Counted from the first letter of the stretch, positions 39,963 to 51,732 are shown. The stretch: 64,000 nucleotides of DNA from an uncultured Actinomycetota bacterium (GCA_963743915.1 CAVURN010000001.1:352001-416000); one strand, 5' to 3'. A program made the numbers and translations. Notes: generated by a model from the letters alone, not told the origin.

Positions 39963-40192
39963 TGGACCAGCACCCTGCGCTCGACCCGGTGCTGCTGGAG
40001 ATCCTGGTGTGCCCTGCCTGCCACGGAGCGTTGGCGGCCGAGCCGGACGCCCGCGATCCGCACACCCTGAGGTGCATGTCCACCGGCTGTGGGCTCGTCT
40101 ACCCCGTGCGCGACGGCATCCCGGTGATGCTCGTCGACGAAGCGGTCGGCGGGTCTGCTCCCGGGAGCGGGGATCACGGTGACGACCACTGA
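39962..40192 (+). CDS. Trm112 family protein
   Basis: [10 protein letters not shown]...[11 protein letters not shown]. Confidence 0.92.
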   Translation: MDQHPALDPVLLEILVCPACHGALAAEPDARDPHTLRCMSTGCGLVYPVRDGIPVMLVDEAVGGSAPGSGDHGDDH

Positions 40193-41289
40193 CCCAGTGG
40201 CCGCGCGGGTGTCGCTCGACGACGCCGCGGCCCTCACGGCTGCCGACCCCGAGGACATGCTCGGGGCCGTGGCGTCGGCCGGCTCCCAGGTCCGCCAGGC
40301 CCTGGTCGCCAGCGAGCGCTCCTCGATCGGCGGGCTGCAGGACCGCGGGCGGCCACGAGCGGTGGTCGTCACCGGCATGGGTGGCTCCGGCATCGCGGGC
40401 CACGTCCTGCAGGCGGCGGCGGGTCCGGAGTGCCCGGTCCCCGTCGAACGTGTCCGCGGCTGGACGCTGCCGGCCTGGGTCGGTGAGGACGACCTGGTGA
40501 TCGCGGTGTCGAGCTCAGGACGCACGGCGGAGACGCTCGCCTGCACCCGGGCCGCGCTGGAGCGACGTGCCCGCACCGTGGTCGTCGCGGCCGAGGGCTC
40601 GCCGCTCGTCGAGCTGGCCGACGCCGCTCACGTGCCGTGGGTGCCGGTGCCGAACGGCAGGCCTCCGCGCGCGAACCTCTGGGCCCTGTCGGTGCCGCTG
40701 CTGGTCGCGGCGCACACGCTCGGCATCGTCGACGCCGACCCCGAGCACCTGCAGACGGTGGCCGGTCTCCTGGACGAGATCGCGGACGCCTGTGCGGCGA
40801 GCAGGCCCACTGCCGACAACCCGGCGAAGACGCTGGCGGCCGAGCTCGCCGGCAGCCTGCCGATGGTGTGGGGCAGCAGCGACCTCGCAGGCATCGCCGC
40901 CTACCGCCTGTTGTGCCAGCTCGCCGAGAACGCCAAGTACCCCTCGGTCAACGGCGTGCTTCCCGAGGCGCTGCACAACCAGGTCGTCACCTTCACGGCG
41001 CCGACCGCGTCCGGGCTGCCCATCCGCCTCGTCCTGCTGCGCGACACCGTCGAGCACCCTCGGGTGGCGGCGGCACGTGAGGAGGTCGAGAGGCTGGCGC
41101 AGCGAGTCGGGGGTGGCGGTCAGCCGGATCGAGGCGTCGGGCACGCACCCGCTCGAGCGAATGGCGACGCTCTGCGCGATCGGCGACTTCGCGAGCGTCT
41201 ACCTCGCGCTGGCGATCGGTGTCGATCCCACGCCGATCGCTCCCATCGCGCTGCTCAAGCAGCGCCTGTTGGCCCGGGACGACGGGTGA
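40179..41289 (+). CDS. SIS-domain bifunctional phosphoglucose/phosphomannose isomerase-like protein; one extra base near 41100-41113
   Basis: [34 protein letters not shown]; the C-terminus [19 protein letters not shown] is in another frame ending at 41289. Confidence 0.85.
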
Positions 41290-42212
41290 GCGCCGAAGGC
41301 GGCACCAAGGCGATCGTCGCCGCGCTGCTCGCCAACCTCGGGATCGCGGTCACCAAGTTCGTCGCGTACCTCGTGTCGGGGTCATCGTCGATGCTCGCCG
41401 AGTCGGTGCACTCCCTGGCCGACTCCGGCAACCAGGTGCTGCTGCTCGTCGGCGGTCGTCGGGCCGCGCGGGCGGCGACGCCGCAGCATCCGTTCGGCTA
41501 CGGGCGCGAGCGCTACGTCTACGCCTTCGTCGTCTCGATCGTGCTCTTCAGCGTGGGTGGCGTGTTCTCGGTGTACGAGGGCGTGCACAAGATTCAGCAC
41601 CCCGAGGAGCTGACGAACATCGCCGTGCCGATCGTGGTCCTGCTCCTCGCGATCGTCATGGAGTCGTTCTCGCTCCGCACCGCGGTCGTCGAGTCGAACA
41701 AGGTGCGCGGAGGACAGTCGTGGGTGCAGTTCGTCCGCCGCGCCAAGGCTCCCGAGCTCCCCGTCGTCCTGCTCGAGGACCTCGCCGCGCTGCTCGGGCT
41801 CATGCTCGCGCTCGTGGGCGTCGGTCTCGCGGGCATCACCGGCGACGCGGTGTGGGACGGCATCGGCACGATCGCGATCGGCGTCCTGCTGGTGGTGATC
41901 GCGTTGATGCTCGGGGTCGAGACCAAGAGCCTGCTGCTCGGCGAGGGAGGCTCGCCTGCCGACGTGGCAGCGATCCACGCGGCGATCGTGGCCGGCGAGC
42001 GCGATCGAGCGGGTCATCCACATGAAGACGCTCTACCTGGGACCGGACGAGCTGCTGGTGGCCGCCAAGGTCGCGGTCGCCGAGGGGACCGATGCCGAGG
42101 ACGTGGTCGCCGCGATCAACGCGGCGGAGGAGCGGATCCGGCGACGCGGTGCCCGTCGCACGGGTCGATCTACCTCGAGCCCGACCTCTACGACGCCGCG
42201 CGGGCATCCTGA
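41286..42212 (+). CDS. Cation diffusion facilitator transporter; three single-base insertions near 42000, 42140 and 42166
   Basis: AIVAALLANLGIA, ESVHSLADSGNQ, HPFGYGRERY, LLEDLAAL; IHMKTLYLGPDELLV and IYLEPD spread across frames. Confidence 0.88.
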   Translation: MSAEGGTKAIVAALLANLGIAVTKFVAYLVSGSSSMLAESVHSLADSGNQVLLLVGGRRAARAATPQHPFGYGRERYVYAFVVSIVLFSVGGVFSVYEGVHKIQHPEELTNIAVPIVVLLLAIVMESFSLRTAVVESNKVRGGQSWVQFVRRAKAPELPVVLLEDLAALLGLMLALVGVGLAGITGDAVWDGIGTIAIGVLLVVIALMLGVETKSLLLGEGGSPADVAAIHAAIVAGERDRAGHPHEDALPGTGRAAGGRQGRGRRGDRCRGRGRRDQRGGGADPATRCPSHGSIYLEPDLYDAARAS

Positions 42213-43730
<1,518 letters not shown>

Positions 43731-43752
43731 CCACCCGAGGGCGAGGTCGGCG

Positions 43753-44418
43753 ATGAGGGTCGGGGTCCTCGGCACGGGGTCGGTGGGGGAGACGCTGGGA
43801 ACGGCGCTGGTCGCTCGCGGACACGAGGTGCGGATGGGCTCGCGCGCGACCCCGCACGAGCGGGCCGACGCCTGGGCGGCGTCCGCTGGGTCGTCGGCGA
43901 GCACCGGCACCTTTGCCGAAGCGGCGGCCTTCGGCGACCTGGTCCTGAACTGCACCTCCGGCGTCCACTCGCTCGATGCCCTGCGGGCTGCGGGCGCGGA
44001 GGCGTTGGCAGGAAAGGTCCTGGTCGACGTGGCCAACCCGCTCGACTTCTCCGGCGGCTTTCCCCCTCGACTCTCGGTGGGCGGTGACGACAGCCTCGCC
44101 GAGCAGATCCAGCGGGCGTTCCCCGAGACCCGGGTGGTCAAGGCGCTGAACACCGTCACCGCCTCGGTGATGGTGGACCCGTCCTCGCTGGCGGAGCCGA
44201 CCGACCTGTTCGTCGCCGGCGAGGACGTCGGGGCCAAGCGCGAGGTGATCACGTTGCTCGAGGAGCTGGGCTGGCGCCCGGAACGGGTCCGCGACCTCGG
44301 CGGGATCGCAGCGGCACGCGTGACCGAGGGCTACCTGATGCTCTGGCTGGCACTGATGGGCACGCTGGGATCGGCGGCGTTCAACGTCCGGGTCGTCACT
44401 GCCGATGGACAACCGTGA
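43753..44418 (+). CDS. NADPH-dependent F420 reductase family oxidoreductase
   Basis: GVLGTGSVG, LVDVANPL, SLAEQIQ, VVKALNT, DLGGI. Confidence 0.82.
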   Translation: MRVGVLGTGSVGETLGTALVARGHEVRMGSRATPHERADAWAASAGSSASTGTFAEAAAFGDLVLNCTSGVHSLDALRAAGAEALAGKVLVDVANPLDFSGGFPPRLSVGGDDSLAEQIQRAFPETRVVKALNTVTASVMVDPSSLAEPTDLFVAGEDVGAKREVITLLEELGWRPERVRDLGGIAAARVTEGYLMLWLALMGTLGSAAFNVRVVTADGQP

Positions 44419-45308
44419 CCGAAGTGCCCACGGCAGCCCCCGGCTGGTACCCCGATCCGGCGTCGCCGACGCTGCAGCGGTACTGGAACGGTGCGGAGTG
44501 GACCGAGTCCACCGCCCCTCTCGTCATGCAGCCCTTCGCCCCGGTGACGGCACCGTCCCCTGAACCCGCCGAGACGCCCGGGGTGTATGCGCCTCCTCAG
44601 GGACGGTGGGGACTGGGAGACGTCGGGTGGCTCGTCCTCGTGGTCGTGGGCACCCTGCTGCTCGGTGTCGTGGCGGGCGTCGTGGCACTCGGCCTCGACT
44701 CCGACGTGTTCACCCCCGACGGCAACCTCGATCTGGGGATCGCGACAGGAGCCTGGCTCGCCGTGGTGTCCCAGGGCATCGTGATGGCGGGTCTCGCGGG
44801 ATGGCCCATGGTGGTGGCCGCCTGGAAAGGTCCCGGTTGGCGTCGCGCCTTCGGCTTCGTGGCCTCGGGTCGGGCGGTGTGGATGGGGATCGTCGGAGGC
44901 ATCGCCACGTTCCTCACCCTGGTCATCCTCACCGCGATCGCGTCCGTGGTCTTCGGCCAGACGATCGACTCGGCGGCGGCCGACCTGGTGGTCGACATGG
45001 AGTCGCAGACCGTGGCCTATGCGATCTTCCTGGTCTTCATCGCCTTCGGCGCACCGTTCGTCGAGGAGATGGCATTCCGCGGCCTGCTGTGGGGTGCCAT
45101 CGTCAAGCGCGGATGGTCCCCCTGGGTGGCGACCCTGGCCTCCGGTGTGGCGTTCGGCCTGTTCCACTTCGAGCCGCTCCGGCTGGTGCCGCTGATCGCT
45201 GCAGGCGTCGTGCTCGGGTTCGTCCGCCACAAGGCCGGTCTCGGCGCCGCGATGCTGGCCCACTGCGTCGTCAACTCGATCGGTGTGATCTCGCTGCTGG
45301 CGACTTGA
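44415..45308 (+). CDS. DUF2510 plus CPBP (Abi/CAAX) intramembrane metalloprotease
   Basis: PGWYPDP...RYWNGAEWT; APFVEEMAFRG, FGLFH, AHCVVN. Confidence 0.88.
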   Translation: MTEVPTAAPGWYPDPASPTLQRYWNGAEWTESTAPLVMQPFAPVTAPSPEPAETPGVYAPPQGRWGLGDVGWLVLVVVGTLLLGVVAGVVALGLDSDVFTPDGNLDLGIATGAWLAVVSQGIVMAGLAGWPMVVAAWKGPGWRRAFGFVASGRAVWMGIVGGIATFLTLVILTAIASVVFGQTIDSAAADLVVDMESQTVAYAIFLVFIAFGAPFVEEMAFRGLLWGAIVKRGWSPWVATLASGVAFGLFHFEPLRLVPLIAAGVVLGFVRHKAGLGAAMLAHCVVNSIGVISLLAT

Positions 45309-45312
45309 GCGG

Positions 45313-46170
45313 TCAGGAGGGCGAGGCGAAACCGCCACTCGGAGGGGACTCCTCGGGCCTCGGGGCCCAGTCCGTCTGGCGTGCCGTCGGGGCGGCCGGG
45401 GCACCGGAGAGTGCTGCGACGTCCGCCCGTCGTCTCCGTTCCGCCAGCACCGCGTTCAGGTAGCCCTCGGACGTCACGCCGGGGGGAGGTGGGGGGGACA
45501 CCCGCTGTTGCACCTCGGCGGACAGAGACGCCGCGAGCGTGCGGCGCGCATCCGCCCCGAGATCGGGCGCGCGCACGAGGAACTGTCGGACGGTCAGCGC
45601 GATCGCCTCGTCGAGCCGTCCGAGGTCGAGCGTGGCCGCCCACGGGGCGAGCTGCGGGTCGAGAGCCGGATGGAACGTGTTCCGGGCTGGCGCCCGTTCC
45701 CGGACCACGACCGTTCCTCCCAGGTAGTCACCGACCCTTTTGCCCTCCGGGGAGATCAGGCTCACCAGCACCGCGATCGCCCCGAACGTCAGGTAGATCT
45801 CGACGACTGCGACGAGCCCCCGGGCCAGGGCGTGGCGGAACCGAATGGCGCCTCCGTCGTCCCGTGTCGCCCGGAGGCCGAGGGCGAGCTTGCCCACGGT
45901 CCGGCCGCGGGTGAGCGTCTCCATCCCCACCGGGTAGCCGACCAGGATCGCGATCCCCGCGACGAAGAAGAAGACCACCATCAGGGTGTCGTCCACGCTG
46001 CCGCCGAGTGCGCCGACCAGGAAGATCAGCCCGAACAGGGCGGCCAGCTGCAGCGAGGCGTCGATCATGAAGGCGGCCGACCGGCTCGGCATCTTCGCCA
46101 AGCGGAGGTCGACGACGACTGCCTCGCCCGTGACCAGTCCGCTGGCGGCTCCCGGTGGCTGCTGCGCCAT
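45313..46170 (-). CDS. RDD family membrane protein
   Basis: LVTGEAV, SRSAAFMID, GRTVGKLALGLR, KRVGDYLGGTVVVRE. Confidence 0.9.
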   Translation of the reverse strand: MAQQPPGAASGLVTGEAVVVDLRLAKMPSRSAAFMIDASLQLAALFGLIFLVGALGGSVDDTLMVVFFFVAGIAILVGYPVGMETLTRGRTVGKLALGLRATRDDGGAIRFRHALARGLVAVVEIYLTFGAIAVLVSLISPEGKRVGDYLGGTVVVRERAPARNTFHPALDPQLAPWAATLDLGRLDEAIALTVRQFLVRAPDLGADARRTLAASLSAEVQQRVSPPPPPGVTSEGYLNAVLAERRRRADVAALSGAPAAPTARQTDWAPRPEESPPSGGFASPS

Positions 46171-46226
46171 CGTTCCCCTTCGGTGACGGCTCGTGATCGT
46201 GCGCGCCCGGCTAGTCTGCCGCATCA

Positions 46227-47225
46227 ATGGACCTCGACCGCTTCGTCGCAACCCACCGGGCCGACTGGGACCGGCTCAGGGTCCTGACGTCCCGCTCGCG
46301 GCTGACGGGCGAGGAGGTCGACGAGTTCGTCGACCTGTACACGGCGGCCTCGACCCAGCTGTCGGTCGTGCAGGCGGAGGCGCCCGATCCGACGGTCGTG
46401 GCACAGCTGTCGACGCTGGTGGCACGTGCCCGGGGCAAGGCCACCGGCACCCGTCGGTTCAGCACGCGTGACGTCTCGCACTACTTCCTCGTCACGTTCC
46501 CCCTCGTCGTCTACCGGGCGCGCTGGTGGGTGCTGGGCGTTGCCCTCGCCTTTCTGGCGGTCGCCACCTCGATCGGTGCCTGGGTGGCGTCCGACACCGG
46601 GGTGCAGAACGCGCTCGCCGCTCCGGCCGACGTGCAGCAGCTGGTGCAGCAGGACTTCGAGGACTACTACTCCTCGGCCCCGGCGGGGTCGTTCGCCGCA
46701 CGGGTGTGGACCAACAACGCATGGGTCGCCGCGCTGTCACTCGCCTTCGGAGGCCTGCTCGGCCTGCCGGTGCTGTGGGTGCTGTGGCAGAACGCCGCCA
46801 ACGTAGGGGTCACCGGCGGTTTCATGGTGGCGGGTGGCCGCGCCGACCTGTTCTTCGGCCTGATCCTGCCGCACGGCCTGCTCGAGCTGACGGCGGTGTT
46901 CGTCGCGGGAGCCCTCGGCCTGCGGTTGGGGTGGACCCTTGTGGCGCCGGGCCCACGGACCCGCAGCGCGGCCTTTGCCGAGGAGGGTCGCTCCACCTTG
47001 GCCGCCGTCGTCGGGCTGACCGTGGTGCTGCTGGTGTCCGGGGTGGTCGAGGCCTTCGTCACACCGTCCGGGCTGCCCACGTGGGCTCGGATCGGCGTCG
47101 GAGCCCTGGTGCTGGTCGGCTTCCTGGCGTACGTCGGCGTGCTGGGGCGCCGCGCGGAACGGGCCGGCCTCGAAGCCGACCTGGACGAGATCGATCGCGG
47201 AGCCGACCTCCCCACCTCGGCCTGA
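46227..47225 (+). CDS. Stage II sporulation protein M (DUF95) family membrane protein
   Basis: MDLDRFV..H..DWDRL, WTNN, ILPHGLLEL, VEAFVT. Confidence 0.9.
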   Translation: MDLDRFVATHRADWDRLRVLTSRSRLTGEEVDEFVDLYTAASTQLSVVQAEAPDPTVVAQLSTLVARARGKATGTRRFSTRDVSHYFLVTFPLVVYRARWWVLGVALAFLAVATSIGAWVASDTGVQNALAAPADVQQLVQQDFEDYYSSAPAGSFAARVWTNNAWVAALSLAFGGLLGLPVLWVLWQNAANVGVTGGFMVAGGRADLFFGLILPHGLLELTAVFVAGALGLRLGWTLVAPGPRTRSAAFAEEGRSTLAAVVGLTVVLLVSGVVEAFVTPSGLPTWARIGVGALVLVGFLAYVGVLGRRAERAGLEADLDEIDRGADLPTSA

Positions 47226-47262
47226 CCGCCCGCGGGTGACAGCCGACCGCTCGCCCGGGGTG

Positions 47263-48864
47263 TCAGCGGGCCAGCATGCGCAGCGACGCGCGCGTCGCCG
47301 CGTCCGTGCCCTCGGGCACCGAGCCCCCTTCGACAGCGGGGAGCAACGCGCTGGCGAGCTCCTTGCCGCGTTCGACTCCCCACTGGTCGAAGGGGTCGAT
47401 GCCCCATGCGAACCCGGCGACCGCCGTGGCGTGCTCGTAGAGGGCGATGAGCGCACCCACGCTGTGCGGCGTGAGGTCAGGAAGCCAGATCAGGGTGCTC
47501 GGCCGGTTGCCCGGCATCGCCTTGTGCGGCACGAGCGCGGGGTCGACGCCGGCGCGTCGCAGGTCGTCTGCGGGGCGTCCGAGCGCGAGCGCGGCCGCCT
47601 GTGCGAGCAAGTTGGCCTGGAGCAGGTTGCCGCGCTCGTCGCCCCCGACCGAGCGGACGCCGATGAGATCGACCGGGACCAGGTGCGTCCCCTGGTGCAG
47701 CAGCTGGAAGAACGCATGCTGCCCGTTGGTGCCTGGGGCCCCCCAGACCACTGGCGAGGTGGACCAGTCGAGCTGCTGACCGGACGCAGTGACCGACTTG
47801 CCGTTGCTCTCCATCTGCAGCTGCTGCAGGTGAGCGGGGAGCAGCGCAAGGTCCTGCGCGTAGGGGACGACCGCCTTCGACGCCGCCCCGAACAGCTCCG
47901 AGTACCAGGCGTCGAGCATGCCGAGCAGCACGACGGGGTTGCGCGAGGTGGGGGAGCTGGTCAGCGTGACGTCGACAGCGTGCATGCCGTCACGCAGGGC
48001 CTGCATGCCCGCGCGTCCGAGCGCGAGCTCGATGCCGATGCCGACCGGCGAGGACAGCGAGTAGCGACCACCCACCCAGTCCCAGAAGCCGAACAGGGCA
48101 TCGGGGGAGACACCGAAGGCGGTGGCCTGGTCGACCGCAGTGGTGACGGCGCACAGGTGGTGCGCGAGGTCGTCCTCGGACATCGCGCTCAGCAGCCAGG
48201 AACGTGCAGCGCGCGCGTTGGCCAGCGTCTCGACCGTGGTGAACGTCTTGGAGATGACGACGACGAGGGTCGTGGCAGGGGAGAGGGACGGGAGAACCGC
48301 GTCGAGCTCGGCCGGGTCGACGTTGGCGACGAAGTGCACCCGGACGTCGCCGGTGTGGTGGACACGTGTAGCGGCTGCGACCATGCGAGGGCCCAGATCG
48401 GAACCGCCGATCCCGATGACGACCGCGTCGGTGATGCGCTCACCCGTGGCACCTCGATGCCGGCCGCTGAGCACGGCGTCCACGAAGTCGCTGACTCTGC
48501 CCTGGGTGGCGAGGACCTCGGGCATGACGTCGACACCGTCGACGAGAACCGGTTCGCCACCAGGTGTGCGCAGTGCGGTGTGCAGTGCCGGACGATGTTC
48601 GGTGACGTTGACGACCCGACCGCCCACCATGGCGGCCAGCTGCTCGGGCACGCGCAGCTCGTCGGCGAGCCGACCGAGCAGGTCCAGTGTCTGGGTGTCT
48701 CCGCGCATCCGCGAGAAGTCGACGGTCAGCGGACCGACCGGCAGCGTCATCGCGCGGACACGCTCCTCGTCGTCGAGGAGGTCGCGCAGGTGGCGAGCCG
48801 CGATGGCGGCGTGGTGCGACCGCAGAGCTGTGCCCGCGGCTGTGTCGAAGGGGGCGGTGACCAC
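47263..48864 (-). CDS. pgi: Glucose-6-phosphate isomerase
   Basis: ALHTALR, IGIGGSDLGP, SKTFTTVET, DWVGGRYS, QQLQMESNGK, GTNGQHAFFQLLHQG, FDQWGVE. Confidence 0.96.
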   Translation of the reverse strand: MVTAPFDTAAGTALRSHHAAIAARHLRDLLDDEERVRAMTLPVGPLTVDFSRMRGDTQTLDLLGRLADELRVPEQLAAMVGGRVVNVTEHRPALHTALRTPGGEPVLVDGVDVMPEVLATQGRVSDFVDAVLSGRHRGATGERITDAVVIGIGGSDLGPRMVAAATRVHHTGDVRVHFVANVDPAELDAVLPSLSPATTLVVVISKTFTTVETLANARAARSWLLSAMSEDDLAHHLCAVTTAVDQATAFGVSPDALFGFWDWVGGRYSLSSPVGIGIELALGRAGMQALRDGMHAVDVTLTSSPTSRNPVVLLGMLDAWYSELFGAASKAVVPYAQDLALLPAHLQQLQMESNGKSVTASGQQLDWSTSPVVWGAPGTNGQHAFFQLLHQGTHLVPVDLIGVRSVGGDERGNLLQANLLAQAAALALGRPADDLRRAGVDPALVPHKAMPGNRPSTLIWLPDLTPHSVGALIALYEHATAVAGFAWGIDPFDQWGVERGKELASALLPAVEGGSVPEGTDAATRASLRMLAR

Positions 48865-48884
48865 GCCGCGACCCTACCGGCGCC

Positions 48885-49917
48885 CTACGGCGCGAGCCGG
48901 TACACGTACCGGTGGTGGGTCGTGAAGCCGAGCTGGTGGTACAGCGCGCGGGCCGCCGCGTTGTCCTCCGCCACCTGCAGGTACACGTGGCGGACGTCGT
49001 GCCGTGCGGCGTAGTCGGCGAGCGCGGCGATCACCCGGCGTCCGAGCCCCTGGCGCCGCCACGCCTCAGTGACCTCGACCGCGGTGATGCCGAGCCACCC
49101 CGGCGTGATCGCCCCGCGCGAGATGGCGAGGGGAGTGCCGTCGTCGTCCCGGAGGGCGACGAAGACCGGGTGGTCGGCGCGCGTCATGATGCCCACGGCC
49201 GCCGTGGGCAAGGGCTGGTCGCCGTAGCGGAACGCCGCGAGCCAGGCCGGGTCGGGAACGCGCTCGACGGTCACGGTGACGCCACTGGTGCCTCCCCGTG
49301 GGCGAGGCCTGGCGGAGGGCAGCGAGGTCGACGACCTGGACCAGCACGGGTGGGCCGGCGACCCATCCGAGGCGCCCGAGCTCGGCGTCGAGCCCGGCCA
49401 GGAGTGGCAGCGCCACCTGGATCTTCGGTGGCAGCTGTCGCTCCCGATACCACTGGCTCACGTCGTGCAACGCCTCCGCGAGCGGTCGCCCGGGGTCACC
49501 GAGCGGCAGGACGCTGTTGGCGCGCCCGCTGTAGCCGGCGGCTGCGCGGAGCACCCACTCACCGACCGTTGCCCGCTCCAGCGGCTGCCATCCCTGGGCG
49601 GCGATCCGTTCGAGCTCGTCGACACCGATGGCGGACGCCGAGCGGAGCCGAGCAGGCGTGTCCGGGAGCACCTTCGCGGCGACGACGAGGGTCGGGTCGA
49701 CCTCGACCAGGTCGCCCCGTCGGGTGCGGATGTGCCAGGCGCGGTCCGAGGCGTCCGCCACACTCTCGAGGACTCCCACCACATCGTGGAACGCGGGACC
49801 ACCGGACGGACCTGCGCCACCGGACAGCCGGCGAACGGTCACGCGGCGACCCACGGCTGAGCCGGGCCACGCGGCGTCCGGCCAGGGAGGAAGGTCACCA
49901 CGAGAGCCGGTGGACAC
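48885..49917 (-). CDS. Tandem GNAT N-acetyltransferase (Rv0428c-like); one extra base in the run at 49294-49297
   Basis: GRRVTVR..DVVGVL, WVLRAAAGYSGRANS, then WRRQGLG, YLQVAEDN..ARALY..LGF..HHRY in the second frame. Confidence 0.82.
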
Positions 49918-50006
49918 GGCGGACCCCCTTGGCGGCGTGAGCGGTGGTGGTCGTGAATACTAGGCACGGCGCAGCGCGAGAAGGAGTGCCGCCCGAGGAG
50001 GAGATC

Positions 50007-50333
50007 GTGACCTACGTCATCGCCCAGCCCTGTGTCGACGTGCTCGACAAGGCGTGCGTGGACGAGTGCCCCGTCGACTGCATCTACGAGGGCGAGCGGA
50101 TGCTCTACATCCACCCCGACGAGTGCGTCGACTGCGGAGCCTGCGAGCCGGTCTGCCCGGTCGAGGCGATCTTCTACGAGGACGACACCCCCGACCAGTG
50201 GAAGGACTTCTACAAGGCGAACGTCGAGTTCTTCGACGACCTCGGTTCGCCGGGCGGAGCTGCCAAGCTCGGCAAGATCGAGAAGGACCACCCCATCGTG
50301 GCCGCGCTTCCGCCCCAGGCAGTCGAGAGCTGA
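50007..50333 (+). CDS. fdxA: Ferredoxin (7Fe type)
   Basis: TYVIAQPCVDVLDKACVDECPVDCIYEG, ECVDCGACEPVCPVEAI; GAGGAGG RBS. Confidence 0.96.
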   Translation: MTYVIAQPCVDVLDKACVDECPVDCIYEGERMLYIHPDECVDCGACEPVCPVEAIFYEDDTPDQWKDFYKANVEFFDDLGSPGGAAKLGKIEKDHPIVAALPPQAVES

Positions 50334-51433
50334 GCCTCTCCCCGCTCGCCGCCCGGTTCCCCGAGTTCCCGTGGGACCGGCTCGCGGACGCAAAGGCACG
50401 TGCCGCGTCCCACCCGGACGGGATCGTCGACCTGTCCGTGGGTACGCCCGTCGACCCCGTCCCCGGCGTGGTGCAGCAGGCGCTGGTCGACGCCGCGGAC
50501 GCACCGGGTTACCCGACCGTCCATGGCACCGAGACGGTGCGCGCGGCGGCCGTCCGCTGGATGGAGCGTCGGCTCGGGGTGACCGGCGTGAGCGACGACG
50601 CGGTGCTCCCGGTGATCGGCACCAAGGAGCTCGTCGCGTCGCTGCCGATGCTGCTGGGGCTCGGACCGCGCAGCCGCGTGCAGGTGCCTGAGCTGGCATA
50701 TCCCACGTACGACATCGGGGCGCGGGTCGTGGGCGCGGAGGTGCTGGCCTCGGACGCCACGACCGCCGTCGGACCGGGCCGCGTCGACCTGGTGTGGGTG
50801 AACTCCCCGAGCAACCCCACAGGACGCGTGCTGCCGGTCGAGCACCTGCGCAAGATGGTCACGTGGGCTCGCGAGCGCGGATCGGTGCTCGTCTCCGACG
50901 AGTGCTACGTCGAGCTCGGCTGGGACGCGCAGCCGGTGTCGGTCCTGCATCCGGACGTTTGCGGCGACTCGCACGACCGCATCCTGGCGCTGCACTCATT
51001 GTCGAAGCGGTCGAACCTGGCCGGCTACCGCGCCGGGTTCGCGGCCGGTGACCCTGCGTTGGTGCGCGACCTGCTCGAGGCCCGCAAGCACCTCGGACTC
51101 ATGATGCCGACACCGGTGCAGGCGGCGATGGCTGCTGGGCTCGACGACGACGCGCACGTCGTCCAGCAGCGGGGGCGTTACTCCGTGCGCCGTCAGCTGC
51201 TGCTCGCGGCGCTCCGCGAGGCCGGGTTCACCATCGACCACTCGGAAGCAGGGTTGTACCTGTGGGTGACGCGCGACGAGCCCTGCATGGACACGCTCAG
51301 CTGGTTCGCCGAGCGGGGGATCCTGGTGGCCCCTGGTGACTTCTACGGCACTCGCGGCGCGAGGCACGTGCGGGTGGCGCTCACGGCGTCCGACGAACGG
51401 GTCGAGGCGGGCGCGCGACGGATCGCGGCCTAG
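50330..51433 (+). CDS. dapC: Succinyldiaminopimelate transaminase; start apparently CTG
   Basis: FPWD, IVDLSVGTPVDP, NSPSNPTG, SDECY, SLSKRSNLAGYRAG; follows fdxA. Confidence 0.92.
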   Translation: MSLSPLAARFPEFPWDRLADAKARAASHPDGIVDLSVGTPVDPVPGVVQQALVDAADAPGYPTVHGTETVRAAAVRWMERRLGVTGVSDDAVLPVIGTKELVASLPMLLGLGPRSRVQVPELAYPTYDIGARVVGAEVLASDATTAVGPGRVDLVWVNSPSNPTGRVLPVEHLRKMVTWARERGSVLVSDECYVELGWDAQPVSVLHPDVCGDSHDRILALHSLSKRSNLAGYRAGFAAGDPALVRDLLEARKHLGLMMPTPVQAAMAAGLDDDAHVVQQRGRYSVRRQLLLAALREAGFTIDHSEAGLYLWVTRDEPCMDTLSWFAERGILVAPGDFYGTRGARHVRVALTASDERVEAGARRIAA

Positions 51434-51439
51434 CAGGTC

Positions 51440-51616
51440 TCAGCGCGAGGCGTCCGCGCCGGGCTTCTTGGCCTGCTCGGCTCGTCGTCGTGCGACCTTC
51501 GCCTCGAGCTTGGCGGTGCGCTTGGCGTCCCGCTTGGCGCTGCGCTTGTCCCACCACTGCAGGAAGGGTCCGATGAGAAACGTGTCCTCGGCCCCACCAC
51601 CACCACCGAAGGACAT
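51440..51616 (-). CDS. Small basic hypothetical protein (58 aa)
   Basis: GAGGTGG RBS before ATG 51616; MSFGGGGGAEDTFLIGPFLQWWDKRSAKR...; fills the intergenic gap. Confidence 0.55.
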   Translation of the reverse strand: MSFGGGGGAEDTFLIGPFLQWWDKRSAKRDAKRTAKLEAKVARRRAEQAKKPGADASR

Positions 51617-51694
51617 CGGCGATCCACCTCTCGCTCGACGTGCAGTGTTCTCAGGGTCGCACGCCGGCTGTGGTGCTGACCAGTGGATGGACCC

Positions 51695-51732
51695 GTCGCG
51701 GGAAGTGTCGTCATGGCGCCACTTCCTGCGAC
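51695..51732. repeat. Imperfect 38-bp palindrome (REP-like element or terminator)
   Basis: GTCGCGGGAAGTG-12 nt-CACTTCCTGCGAC. Confidence 0.6.

Noticed and set aside
40179-42212. Apparent SIS-CDF fusion protein of 677 aa
   Set aside because: Produced by a frameshift; the true isomerase C-terminus ends at 41289 and the CDF has its own GTGA-coupled start.
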